A stretch of 64,000 nucleotides of DNA from Candidatus Eiseniibacteriota bacterium (GTDB taxonomy: Bacteria > Eisenbacteria > RBG-16-71-46): positions 1-64,000 of the forward strand of contig CAVZLN010000003.1 in the NCBI GenBank assembly GCA_963776245.1. Reading direction: 5' to 3'. The translations under genes and the position numbers were made by a program. Under the pieces are notes generated by a model. That model was not told the origin of the DNA and did not search any database. It saw nothing but the letters and a program-made list of their open reading frames with translations. Positions 52,347 through 64,000 of the stretch are shown piece by piece; position 1 is the stretch's first letter; each line of letters opens with the position of its first letter.

Positions 52347-55061
52347 ATGAGCAGCGACCTGCCCGATATCGATTCGCAGTCCTTCCGCCTGAACCTCCTC
52401 TCCTTCAAGCATCAGCTCCCCGACGCCGACCCGCAGGAGACCCGCGAGTGGCTCGACGCCCTCGACGGCGTCCACGCCGCTCACGGCCGCGAGCGGGCCG
52501 ACTTCCTGCTGCGCAAGGTGCTCAAGCGCGCCCGCCAGCTCCAGATCGGCCTGCCGGGACTGGTGCAGTCGCGCTACATCAACACCATCTCGCCCGAGCA
52601 GGAGCCGGCATTCCCCGGCGACGAGCAGATGGAGCTGCGCATCCGCCGCATCATCCGCTGGAACGCCGCGGCGATGGTGGTGCGCGCGAACCACCTGTTC
52701 GCCGGGCTGGGCGGGCACCTCGCCACCTACGCGTCGAGCGCCAGCCTGTACGAGGTGGGCTTCAATCATTTCTTCCGGGGCAAGGACGATGGCTCGGGCG
52801 ACCAGCTCTTCCTGCAGGGCCACGCGGCGCCGGGCTTCTACGCGCGCGCGTTCCTCGAAGGGCGCCTGAGCGAGTCCCAGCTCGATCACTTCCGGCGCGA
52901 GGTGGTGCCCGGGCAGGGACTGTCGTCCTACCCGCACCCGCGGCTGATGCCCGACTTCTGGGAGTTCCCCACCGTGTCCATGGGCCTCGGTCCGATCTCC
53001 GCGATCTACCAGGCGCGCTTCAATCGCTACCTGCACGCGCGCGGGCTCGCGGACACCGCGAGGTCGCGGGTGTGGGCGTTCCTGGGTGACGGCGAGATGG
53101 ACGAGCCAGAGGCGCAGGGCGCGCTCACCGTGGCGGCGCGCGAGGGGCTCGACAACCTGACCTTCGTGGTGAACTGCAACCTGCAGCGGCTCGACGGCCC
53201 GGTGCGCGGCAACGGCAAGATCATCCAGGAGATGGAATCGCTGTTCACCGGCGCGGGCTGGAACGTCATCAAGGTGATCTGGTCCCGCGACTGGGACCCG
53301 CTGCTCGCGCAGGACGTGGACGGCGCGCTGGTCGAGGCGATGAACGAGACCGTGGACGGCGAGTGGCAGCGCTACTCGATGGAGACCGGCGCCTACGTGC
53401 GCGAGCACTTCTTCGGGCGCGACCCGCGCCTGCTCGAGATGGTCGAGAACCACACTGACGACCAGCTGCGCGGCCTGCGCCGCGGCGGGCACGACTACCG
53501 CAAGGTGTACGCCGCCTACGCCGCGGCGACCGCGCACACCGGGCAGCCCACGGTGGTGCTCGCCAAGACGGTCAAGGGCTGGACGCTGCCCCCCGCCGAG
53601 GCGAAGAACATCGCGCACCAGGTGAAGAAGATGAACACCGACGAGCTGCGCAAGTTCCGCGACCGGCTCGAGCTGCCGATCTCGGACCGCAAGCTGGCCG
53701 ACGCTCCGTTCTACCATCCGGGCGCCGATAGCGACGAGGTGAAGTACCTGCTCGAGCGCCGGCGCTCGCTCGGGGGCGGCCTGCCGCGGCGCGTGGTGCG
53801 CGCCGCCCCGCTGCCCGCGCCGCAGGAGAAGGTGTTCGCCGAGTTCGCGGCCGGGACGAGCGAGAAGCAGCTGGTCTCGACCACGATGGGATTCGCGAAG
53901 CTGCTGCGCAACCTGCTGCGCGATCCCGCGTGGGGCCGGCGCGTGGTGCCCATCATCCCCGACGAGGCGCGCACCTTCGGCATGGAGGTGCTGTTCCGCG
54001 AGGTCGGCATCTACGCGCCGTTCGGCCAGAAGTACGACCCGGTGGACTCCAAGCTGGTGCTCTCGTACACCGAGAAGGCGGACGGCCAGTTGCTCGAGGA
54101 GGGCATCACCGAGGCCGGCTCGATGGCCTCGCTCCAGGCCGCCGGCACCGCGTACGCCACTCACTCCACCTACACCGTGCCGTTCTACATCTTCTACTCG
54201 ATGTTCCTGCAGCGCACGCTCGACCAATTGTGGGCGTTCGGCGACATCCGCGGGCGCGGCTTCCTGCTCGGCGCCACCGCCGGCCGCACCACGCTCAACG
54301 GTGAGGGGCTGCAGCACGAGGACGGGCACACGCACCTGCTGGTGGCGGGGCTGCCCAACGTCCGCGCGTACGATCCGGCGTTCGCGTACGAGGTCGCGAC
54401 CATCGTGCGCGACGGGCTCGAGCGCATGTACACGAAGGAAGAGGACGTCTTCTACTACCTCACGCTCTACAACCAGGACATCCCGATGCCGCCGATGCCC
54501 GGCGGCGTCACCGATGGGATCCTGAAGGGGCTCTACCTCTACCGGAAGGCGCCGTCCGCGCAGAAGCTGCGCGCGCAGATCCTGGCGAGCGGCATCCTGG
54601 TGCAGGAGGCGCTGCGGGCGCAGGCGATGCTCGCCGAGCGCCACGGCGTGGCGGCCGACGTGTGGAGCGCGACCTCGTGGCAGTTGCTGCGCAACCAGGC
54701 GCTCTCGGTCGAGCGCTGGAACCGCCTGCATCCGAGCGAGCCGGCGCGGGTCCCGTACGTCACGCAGACCCTCGCCGCGAGCGAGGGCCCGATCGTCGCG
54801 ACCACGGACTTCGTGAAGCAGGTGCCCGACATGATCGCCCGCTGGGTGCCGCGCCGATATCTCCCGCTCGGCACCGACGGCTTCGGCCGCAGCGACACCC
54901 GCGAGGCGCTGCGCCGCCACTTCGAGGTGGACGCCGAGCACGTGGTGGTGGCGGTGCTGTCGTCCCTGATGCGCGAGGGCAAGGTCGAGGCGGCGGTGGT
55001 CGAGAAGGCCATCCGCGAGTACGGGATCGACCCGGAGCTCAAGGACCCGCGCGAGGCGTAG
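52347..55061 (+). CDS. aceE: Pyruvate dehydrogenase E1, homodimeric type
   Basis: DPQETREWL, GGHLATYAS, LSSYPHP, GDGEMDEPE, NCNLQRLDGPV, GRTTLNGEGLQH and LGTDGFGRSDTR motifs. Confidence 0.97.
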   Translation: MSSDLPDIDSQSFRLNLLSFKHQLPDADPQETREWLDALDGVHAAHGRERADFLLRKVLKRARQLQIGLPGLVQSRYINTISPEQEPAFPGDEQMELRIRRIIRWNAAAMVVRANHLFAGLGGHLATYASSASLYEVGFNHFFRGKDDGSGDQLFLQGHAAPGFYARAFLEGRLSESQLDHFRREVVPGQGLSSYPHPRLMPDFWEFPTVSMGLGPISAIYQARFNRYLHARGLADTARSRVWAFLGDGEMDEPEAQGALTVAAREGLDNLTFVVNCNLQRLDGPVRGNGKIIQEMESLFTGAGWNVIKVIWSRDWDPLLAQDVDGALVEAMNETVDGEWQRYSMETGAYVREHFFGRDPRLLEMVENHTDDQLRGLRRGGHDYRKVYAAYAAATAHTGQPTVVLAKTVKGWTLPPAEAKNIAHQVKKMNTDELRKFRDRLELPISDRKLADAPFYHPGADSDEVKYLLERRRSLGGGLPRRVVRAAPLPAPQEKVFAEFAAGTSEKQLVSTTMGFAKLLRNLLRDPAWGRRVVPIIPDEARTFGMEVLFREVGIYAPFGQKYDPVDSKLVLSYTEKADGQLLEEGITEAGSMASLQAAGTAYATHSTYTVPFYIFYSMFLQRTLDQLWAFGDIRGRGFLLGATAGRTTLNGEGLQHEDGHTHLLVAGLPNVRAYDPAFAYEVATIVRDGLERMYTKEEDVFYYLTLYNQDIPMPPMPGGVTDGILKGLYLYRKAPSAQKLRAQILASGILVQEALRAQAMLAERHGVAADVWSATSWQLLRNQALSVERWNRLHPSEPARVPYVTQTLAASEGPIVATTDFVKQVPDMIARWVPRRYLPLGTDGFGRSDTREALRRHFEVDAEHVVVAVLSSLMREGKVEAAVVEKAIREYGIDPELKDPREA

Positions 55062-55295
55062 CGGACAGGCCTGACGAGGACGCGGCGCGGGCCCGGCGGC
55101 GAAGCCGGGCTTGCGCGCATCTGTGAGCGGCCCTGCCGCTTCATGATTTGTCTTGTCCGCGCCGGGATAGCGGGCCTAGGCTCAGGTCACGGGCAGTGGC
55201 GCTCCCTCCCACGGGAGCCGTCGGCGCACCGGCGCCGTCACGCCCTGCGTCTTCGAAGCCCTGACCGGGGCACGCAATGAGAGAGGGAGTGCCCG

Positions 55296-57578
55296 ATGCG
55301 AACGCTTCTCCGCATCGCCTCCGTGGCCGCCGCGCTCACGTTCACCCTGGTCGCGTTCGGCTGCGGACACGACCATCGCTCGCCGCTGGGAATCCCCAAT
55401 CAGCCGCCCACCGTCACCCTCACCTCGACATCTGCCAGCGCGAGCGGCGCCGGGGACGCGGCCCACGTGTTGCGATGGAGCGGCGCCGACCCGGATGGAC
55501 GTGTGGATCACTACCTCGTCACCTCGGACGCGCGCTCGATCGCACTCGAGACCGGATGGACGCGCGCCGAGGGCGGCGGGCGCCTGCTCACCGTGCATCG
55601 CGCCTCGCGCGCGTTTGAGGGGGACCTCGCGCACCCCCTCGAGCCCTCGTTCTTCGCCGTGCGCGCGGTGGACGAGCAAGGCGCGATCTCGGCACCCGCG
55701 GTGCGCGCGTTCTTCGCCGATAACGTGGCGCCCGAGGTGCAGATCACGTCGCCCTGGCCGAGCATCTTCTACTCCTTCATCCACACGGTTGTGACCCCCA
55801 CCTTCCGAGTGACGTGGAGGGGGAATGACCCCGACGGCTCGGTGCCGTCGAAGCTCGCGATGTACAAGTACAAAGTGCTCGGCCCAGGGAGCGAGTTCCC
55901 GATGAGCACCAACCCCGACTCCTTGCGGAGGCGCTACGCCCCAAACTTCGCCGGTTGGGATTCGGTGCCCGGCGAATCGCTCGGCGTCACGGTGCGGGAC
56001 CTGCAGGTCGGGAGCGGAGTACATCTTCGCGCTGGTCGGATTCGATGTCGCGGGGGACTATTCGCCTTTCTTCTCGTACGGCACCAACCTGCTCTACTTC
56101 TGCGTCACTAATCCACTGGTCGGTGGACCACGGATCACGGTGTCTGGGGACGGATTCGAATTCCGGACTCAGGGAGGCGTCCTTCCGGGACTCGCGGGAC
56201 GTCATCGACGCTGAAGGCCCCTGCCCGCGCGCCGGTGGCGGTGAGGTGGTCTGCGGCACCGGGGCCCGGGGCACACATGGCCGCCTACCGCTGGGCGATC
56301 GACATCGCGGACGTGAACGACGAGAGCCGCCGTCGGTACGCGCTCGATGTCGCGCGCTGGAGTAGCTGGAGCTTGACCGACACCTCGGCGATCGTCTCTG
56401 TGCTGCTCCCCCTGCCACCGAGTCTCACCCGTCGACTCTTCATCGAGGCGCTCGATTCGAACGGGTTCAAGAGCCGGGTGACCGTGAGAGTGGAGTTTCT
56501 GAAGGTGACGCGCGAGCGTCCGACGCTCGTGGTGCTCGACACGCGTTTCCCGCTGGAGAACCTGAACGCGAGCGGGAACACCATCCCGGTCGGAAACTGG
56601 CCCAACGCAGGCGAGATCGATTCCTTCCTGGTCGCGCGTGGCGGGGTGCCCTGGCAGGGCTATCCGACGGGCTCGATGAGCACGCCAGGGCTGTTCTCGG
56701 GCTACGACTTCGACGTGTACCGCACCCGCAGCACCGCGCTCGACAAGACGGTGCCGCTCGAACTGTTGTTGCGCTACAAGAACGTGGTGTGGATCGCCGA
56801 CGCGAATGTCATCCAGGGGAGCCCTGTCGGTGGCCAGTACGCTCTGCGGTACATGAGCGCGCCAGGGCGACAGAATGTGCTGGTCGCCTACGCGAATGGC
56901 GGGGGGCGCGTGTGGGTAGTGGGCGGCGGCGGGGCCTACGCGATGTCGAGGGACATGTTCAACACCTCCAACAACGACTCCCACGTGTTCACCTACTCGT
57001 CCGTCACGGGCGAGCTGGTGCCCGGGCGACCGATGTGGGATCTCGCTCACTGGCGCAGCGAGTTCAGTGCCTCGAGCACCTCGAACCGGGCGGTCACGAA
57101 GGTCGCACCCCCGCCGGGCCGGCTCGGCGTGCCCGACTACTCCGGCCTGCCCCCATCGCTCACGCTGCGTTCGCCCACCACCGACCCGCTCCCGCCCGCG
57201 CGGACGCCGGCGAGCTTCTACCAGGTCCAGCCGACCATGTTCGAGTACCTCACCAAGCCGAACGTCATCACGGAGAGCTGCTTCCCGTGGCCAGGGCGGC
57301 CAATGGCGAGCGCGCTCGACACCGTCTACCTGGTGCGCGGCGTCTACCCGCCCGACCAGGACCTGCCGTGCATGACGGTGTACCGCGGCAACGAGACCGG
57401 CCAGGTGGTGTTCACCGGCTTCGACCTGTGGTCGTGGAGTCGTCCGCAATGCCGCGCCATCGTGGACGCGGTGCTGCGCGACATCTGGCACCTCACGCCC
57501 ACCACCGAAGCCCCTGGCATCGCGGTGCTCGACGACACGGAATCTGCTGACAACGGCGAACCGCTCATCCGTCGCTGA
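55296..57578 (+). CDS. Large lipoprotein with Ig-like repeats; three +1 frameshifts (~56016, ~56185, ~56216)
   Basis: Lipobox AFGC and repeated W.G.DPDG/VRAVD domains. The frames join as DLQVGS/EYIFALVGFD...GGVLP/DSRDVIDAE/APARAPVAVRWS. Confidence 0.75.
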
Positions 57579-57643
57579 GCGCCGCTCGCCACGAGGGAGG
57601 ACGTCCTGCGCAAGCGATCTGGCGGGGGCGCTCCCCCACCGCA

Positions 57644-57850
57644 TCAGGCCGCGGCGAAGGAGATGCTCAGGAGATCCGGACCGGCCTCGCCCTTTTCGAG
57701 TCGGTCCGCCACCACCCGCAATGCGAGGGCCTGGACCCTCGCCACCGCATCGGCAGGAGTGGTGCCGTAGCTCATCACGCCCGGCAGCTCGCTCACCTCG
57801 GCGATCCAGCGCCCGTCGCGCTCCTGCTCCACCTCCACATGGATCGTCAT
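57644..57850 (-). CDS. hicB: HicB-family antitoxin (short form)
   Basis: EVEQERDGRWIAEVSELPGVMSYGTT motif; ATGA-coupled to the GNAT gene. Confidence 0.88.
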   Translation of the reverse strand: MTIHVEVEQERDGRWIAEVSELPGVMSYGTTPADAVARVQALALRVVADRLEKGEAGPDLLSISFAAA

Positions 57851-58449
57851 GCGACTGCGCCCCGGAGCATGCCCTCGAGCCGCGCCTTCACGGCGGGCCA
57901 CTCGCGCTGCAGGATGCTCAGGTAGACCGTGTCGCGCACCTCGCCCCGGTCGTTGATGGCGTGCTGGCGCAGCACCCCCTCCTCGACGCAGCCGATGCGC
58001 CGCATGGCCGCCCGCGAGCGCGTGTTGAGCGCGTTGGTCTTGAGCTCGACGCGCAGGCACTCCCAGGTCTCGAACGCGTGGCGCAGCATCAGGTACTTGG
58101 CCTCGGTGTTGACCGCGGTGCGCTGGTGCCCGCGCCCGATCCACGTCCAGCCGATCTCGACCCGGCGATGCTTCGGCTCGATGGCGGCGAAGCGCGTGGA
58201 GCCGATCGCCCGGCCGGTCGCGGGCAGCACGTGCGCGAACGGCAGCGAGCGCCCGTGCTCCTGCTCGCGCAGCGCGGTCTCGAGGTAGCGCGTGAGGTCC
58301 TCGGGGGTCTCGACGTGGTTGGTGGTCCAGCGCCACAGGTCGGGATCGAGCGCGTGCTCGAGCAGGTCGCCCGCGTGCGCCAGCGACAGCGGTTCGAGGC
58401 GGACGTGGGTGCCCGCGAGCGTGACGGGCTCGAGCTGGGACAGGGGCAT
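57847..58449 (-). CDS. RimJ/RimL-type GNAT acetyltransferase
   Basis: VEIGWTW, NTEAKYLMLRHAFE, NTRSRAAMRRIG and RDTVYLSI motifs. Confidence 0.92.
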   Translation of the reverse strand: MPLSQLEPVTLAGTHVRLEPLSLAHAGDLLEHALDPDLWRWTTNHVETPEDLTRYLETALREQEHGRSLPFAHVLPATGRAIGSTRFAAIEPKHRRVEIGWTWIGRGHQRTAVNTEAKYLMLRHAFETWECLRVELKTNALNTRSRAAMRRIGCVEEGVLRQHAINDRGEVRDTVYLSILQREWPAVKARLEGMLRGAVA

Positions 58450-58684
58450 GCTCGCGCGACTCCGGCGGTGGATGGTGGCGGGACGGAGGCGAGCATCCGC
58501 CGGGAGGCGGCACGGGTCAAGGCCCACGGCAGCCCGCCCGGCAGCGCCGCGCGAGTCGCCGGCCCGCGCCGGTCGCCGACTTCTCCGCATCCGGCGCCCG
58601 GGAGACGCCGTCCGCGGCGTTTGACGTAGAATGCCGCCCTCTTCGCACGGTCGCCATCCACGTCCCGCCACGAAAGGAATCACG

Positions 58685-60009
<1,325 letters not shown>

Positions 60010-60013
<4 letters not shown>

Positions 60014-61545
60014 CCTTCCGCCGCCAGTCCCGCGCCGCCCTGCTCGGCCTGTCCGCCTTCCTCGCGCTGTCCGCGCTCCCCGCGCACGCCGCGCCCTCGC
60101 CCGGGCCGCTCGGCCAGCCGCCGGTCCTGCTGCCGGTGCCGGCCGATCCCACGGTCTCGCTGCGCATCGCGTTCGTGATCGGCTCGCAGGACGATCCCGC
60201 GGGCAGGGAAGGGCTCGCCTGCCTGACCGCCACGCTGATGGCCGAGGGCGCGACCCGCACGCACTCCTACCCGGAGATCCTCAGGCTCCTCTACCCGATG
60301 GCCTCGTCGTACGACGTGCGCGTGGACAAGGAGCTCACCACCTTCGCGGGGCGCGTGCATCGCGACAACCTCGAGGCCTATACCGCGCTCCTGCTCGAGG
60401 CCATCCTGCACCCGGCCTTCACCGACGAGGACTTCCAGCGCGTCAAGCAGCAGACCCGCGACTACCTCACCAAGACGCTGCGCTACTCCTCCGACGAGGA
60501 ACTGGGCAAGCAGACGCTCTACGGCGCGGCGTTCGCGGGCACGCCCTACGCCCACCTCGAGGTGGGCACGGTGGCGGGGCTCGACGCCATCACGCTCGAC
60601 GACGTGAAGGCGTTCCACCTCTCGCACTTCACGCGCGAGACCGTGCGGCTCGCGGTCGGCGGCGGATATGACGCCCGGACCGTGGCGGCGCTGCAGACCG
60701 CGCTCGCCGGACTGCCGGCGGGCCGGCCGGCGCCGGTGCCCGCGCCGCGGCTCGCCCCGGTCAGCGGCCGTCCGGTGACCCTGGTGCAGAAGCCGGGTGC
60801 CGCGACCGCGATCTCGTTCGGCCATCCGATCGACGTGAAGCGGGGCACGCGCGAGTTCTACGCCCTTTGGCTCGCCAATTCGTGGCTCGGCGAGCATCGC
60901 AACTCGTCCTCCCACCTCTACCAGGTGATCCGCGAGGCGCGCGGCATGAACTACGGGGACTACTCGTACATCGAGATCTTCCCCGGCGGCGGGCAGCGCA
61001 CCATGCCGCCCACCAACGTGCCGCGCCGCCGCCAGTTGTTCGAGGTGTGGGTGCGACCGGTGCCGAACGCGCAGGCGCACTTCGCGCTGCGTGCCGCGGT
61101 CCGCGAAGTCGAGCGGCTGGCGAAGAACGGCCTCACGCAGGAGCAGTTCGAGCTCACGCGCTCGTTCCTCGCCAAGTACTGCCTGCACTTCGCTCCCACC
61201 ACCGAGGATCGCCTCGGCTACGCGCTCGACGACCGGATCTACGGCGTGGCGGCACCCGGCGACCTCGAGATGTTCCGCCAGGTGGTGCCCACCCTCCGGC
61301 TGGAGGAGGTCAATGCCGCGGTGCGCAAGCACCTCCGCCCGGCCGAGCTGCGGTTCGCGCTGGTGAGCGAGAAGGGCGACGCGCTGGCCGAGGAGCTCGC
61401 GACCGGCACGCCCAGCCCGATGACCTACGGCACGCCCAAGCCGCAGGAGGTGCTCGACGAGGACAAGGTGATCGAGTCCTATCCGCTCGGGCTCACCCGC
61501 GACCGGATCGCCGTGGTGCCGGTGGACCGCATGTTCGAGAAGTAG
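60010..61545 (+). CDS. M16B peptidase, non-catalytic partner subunit
   Basis: Signal peptide; no HxxEH; IREARGMNYG R/Y motif; ATGA coupling. Confidence 0.9.
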
Positions 61546-61788
61546 TCCGCGGCGTGATGGCCCGGCGGAGACCGTCCGCCGGGCCACTCGCCGATGAGCG
61601 CGGGTCACGCGCGGAAGCGGGCCGACCTGCGGCGGATGGCGTCCCGCGGCCGCTTCCCGGCGCCCTTCTGCTCTCGCCGCGTTTCTCGCTGGACAGCGGG
61701 CCACGCCGGGGCGAGCATCGCGCCCGTCAGCCGTGCCGAGCGGGCCGCGTCTCTCGGCGCATCGGAGGCCCCACCCCCGAGGTGCACG

Positions 61789-63495
61789 ATGCCCACGCGC
61801 CCCCTGAGGTCCCTGCCCGCTTCGGTCCTCGCACTCCTGCTCTCCGCCGTCGTGGCCCGGGGGGCGACCTCGCCGACCCCCATGCGATTCACGCCGGGCG
61901 AGGTGCTGGCGGTGGTCGATCCCGCCGCGCTCGAGGGCGACGGCCGCGTCACCGCGTATCGCGTGGTGGCCCCGGCCGCGCTCGCGACGCTCGCCCGCTT
62001 CGGGCTCGACCGCGTGGAGCGGGTCGGGATGTCCCGTGCGGAGGGCGTGCCCCGCGTGCTGCGCCTGCGCTCCTCGCGGGCGGACTTCGACCCCGTCGAG
62101 GCGACCCGGGCGCTCGCGGCCTCGGGAGCGTTCCGCGCGGTGTGCCCGGACTACCGCCTGCGTCTTTCCGTCGTGCCGGACGATCCCATGCTGCTCTACC
62201 AGTGGTACGTGGACGACGGCGGCTCCGCCGACATCCGGCTGCCCGCCGCGTGGGACGTGACGCACGGCGACACCGCGGTGGTGATCGCGATCGTGGACAC
62301 CGGGGTGGACACCGGGCACCCCGACCTCGCCGGGCAGATCTGGCGCAATCGCGACGAGATCCCCGCCAACGGCATCGACGACGATGGCGACGGCTACGTG
62401 GACGACGTGCGGGGATGGGACTTCGGCATGCAGGATGCCGACCCCGATCCCGAGTACACCGCCGACCCCAGCGGCATCGACGTCGGATTCCACGGCACGT
62501 TCTGCGCCGGCCTCGCCTCCGCCTCGACCGACGACGGCGTCGGCATCGCCGGAGCGGGCTGGAGATGCCGGCTCATGCCCCTCAAGGTCTCCACGCCCGA
62601 CAGCGGCATCGGGATCGGCGCGGTCGCGGCGGCGGTCCAGTACGCCGCGGACCATCACGCGAGCGTGCTCTCCATGAGCTTCGGCGCCCCGGACGAGCCC
62701 GGGGTGGCGCCGTTCTTCCAGGCGCTGGTGGACATCGCGCTCGCCGCCGACGTGGTGTGCGTGGCCGCCGCCGGCAACGACGGCGTCGACACTCCCATCT
62801 ATCCGGCGGCATGCGACGGCGTGCTCGCGGTGGGGGCCACCGACTTCGACGCGGGGCGCGCGTCGTTCTCGAACTGGGGGCCGTGGGTGGATGTCGCGGC
62901 GCCCGGCGCCTCGATGTGGTCCACGCTGTGCCGCAACTACACGCTGACCGAGCTCGACCAGCTGATCTACATCCTGCTCTTCAACTGGGACGGCGTGCAG
63001 CCGTACATGTACGGTGATGGCACGTCGTTCGCCTGCCCGCTGACCGCGGGCGTGTGCGGGTTGGTGCGCTCCCGATATCCGACCCTGACCGCACGCCAGG
63101 TGGAGGCCCAGATCGCCCAGACCGGCGACGCGGTGGCCTTCGACCATCCCATCGGGCCCCGCGTGAACGCGTGGCGGGCGGTGAGCACGCCGTGGGTCTC
63201 GGTCGAGCCCGGCCCCCTGCCCGCGACCCTGCGGCTGGTCGCCGCGTCGCCCAACCCGGCGCGCGCCGGGGAACCGTGGGCCATCGCGCTGGCGCTGCCG
63301 TCCGCCGGCCCGATCGTCCTCGAGCTGTTCGACGTGCGCGGACGGCGGGTGGCGGAGCGCGCTCCCGAGCGGGTCGGCGCGGGGAGCGCCGTGCTGCGCT
63401 GGGGACCGCCGGTCCCGGGGGTGGGGATCTACTTCCTGCGCGTGCGCGACGCGGCGGGAGCGACCGCGATCACACGGGTCGCGGTGCTGGAGTGA
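61789..63495 (+). CDS. S8 subtilisin-like peptidase with an FlgD/T9SS-like C-terminal domain
   Basis: IVDTG, HGTFCAG, AAGN and GTSFACP motifs; tail PNP...LFDVRGRRV...GIYFLRV. Confidence 0.93.
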   Translation: MPTRPLRSLPASVLALLLSAVVARGATSPTPMRFTPGEVLAVVDPAALEGDGRVTAYRVVAPAALATLARFGLDRVERVGMSRAEGVPRVLRLRSSRADFDPVEATRALAASGAFRAVCPDYRLRLSVVPDDPMLLYQWYVDDGGSADIRLPAAWDVTHGDTAVVIAIVDTGVDTGHPDLAGQIWRNRDEIPANGIDDDGDGYVDDVRGWDFGMQDADPDPEYTADPSGIDVGFHGTFCAGLASASTDDGVGIAGAGWRCRLMPLKVSTPDSGIGIGAVAAAVQYAADHHASVLSMSFGAPDEPGVAPFFQALVDIALAADVVCVAAAGNDGVDTPIYPAACDGVLAVGATDFDAGRASFSNWGPWVDVAAPGASMWSTLCRNYTLTELDQLIYILLFNWDGVQPYMYGDGTSFACPLTAGVCGLVRSRYPTLTARQVEAQIAQTGDAVAFDHPIGPRVNAWRAVSTPWVSVEPGPLPATLRLVAASPNPARAGEPWAIALALPSAGPIVLELFDVRGRRVAERAPERVGAGSAVLRWGPPVPGVGIYFLRVRDAAGATAITRVAVLE

Positions 63496-63508
63496 CGGCC
63501 GCCGCGCG

Positions 63509-64000
63509 CTACTCGCGCACCATGTAGTAGAGCGCCTCGGGGTGGTGGACGATGAGCGCGCTGGTGCTCGCTTCGGGCACCAGCTGGTGCGCACTGGTCA
63601 GCGTCACGCCGATCGCCTCGTCGGGGCCCAGCAGCTCGAACATGCGGGCCTGGTCCGCGAGGTCGGGACACGCGCTGTAGCCCGGCGAGTAGCGCTTGCC
63701 GCGCCCCGCCTCCAGCCCCCACTCGGCCCGGATCCGCGCGTGGTGCCACTCGGCGAGACCCTCGGCCGCCGCGACCCCGAGCCCGTGCACGAACAGCGCC
63801 TCGGCGTACTCGCCGCGCGCGTTGAGCGCCTGCCCCAGCTCGTCCACGTGCGGGCCCACGGTCACCACCTGCATCGCGAGCACGTCGAAGCGGCTGCTCT
63901 CGACCGGCTGGAAGTAGTCGGCGAGGCACAGTCCCTCGCGCTCGGCCTGGCGGGGGAAGGTGAACCGCACGACCTCCTCGATCTTCCCGCGCGCCGACAG
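63509..64000 (-). CDS. metH: B12-dependent methionine synthase activation domain (partial, 3' end)
   Basis: FPRQ...LCLADYF, AEGLAEWHH, RYSPGYSACPDL and PEASTSA motifs; open to the window edge. Confidence 0.92.
   Translation of the reverse strand: MSARGKIEEVVRFTFPRQAEREGLCLADYFQPVESSRFDVLAMQVVTVGPHVDELGQALNARGEYAEALFVHGLGVAAAEGLAEWHHARIRAEWGLEAGRGKRYSPGYSACPDLADQARMFELLGPDEAIGVTLTSAHQLVPEASTSALIVHHPEALYYMVRE

Noticed and set aside
55183..55295. Hairpin-rich leader of the lipoprotein as a riboswitch
   Set aside because: Short GC stems are expected by chance, and no known aptamer consensus was recognised.
57644..58449. GNAT toxin/HicB as a novel toxin-antitoxin pair
   Set aside because: The GNAT is a common RimJ/RimL type rather than AtaT/TacT-like; only adjacency supports the idea.

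Overview
Very GC-rich bacterial chromosome segment. Gene content, the C-terminal TWGxxKxLYR motif and an FlgD/T9SS-like tail suggest Ca. Eisenbacteria or a related FCB-adjacent lineage (inference). Core loci: phoH-7TM/HD-ybeY-TonB_C-DUF502-recO-glyQ-glyS, vanZ-hisS-aspS, tRNA-Lys(CTT), liuB/liuC plus a split biotin carboxylase, clpB, aceE, an M16 peptidase pair and partial metH. These are interspersed with secreted or membrane proteins, including three GT-C glycosyltransferases. At least 8 single-base indels, including 3 in essential aspS, indicate long-read consensus errors. No CRISPR array, integrase, transposase or reverse transcriptase was seen. Best leads: (1) a probable exported selenoprotein missed by the ORF track (19595-20074), with a signal peptide, in-frame UGA39, a SECIS-like hairpin and tandem YHS-like domains; (2) a ptsN-led operon of NuoK-, NuoL- and NuoN-like subunits lacking the proton-pathway residues, divergent from a GAF-GGDEF cyclase; (3) a promoter-driven ~150-nt structured RNA upstream of phoH (6S-like rod or attenuator); (4) a winged-helix regulon with two ACTTTG-N5-CAAAGT-like operators around a uppS paralog and a CreD-like gene.
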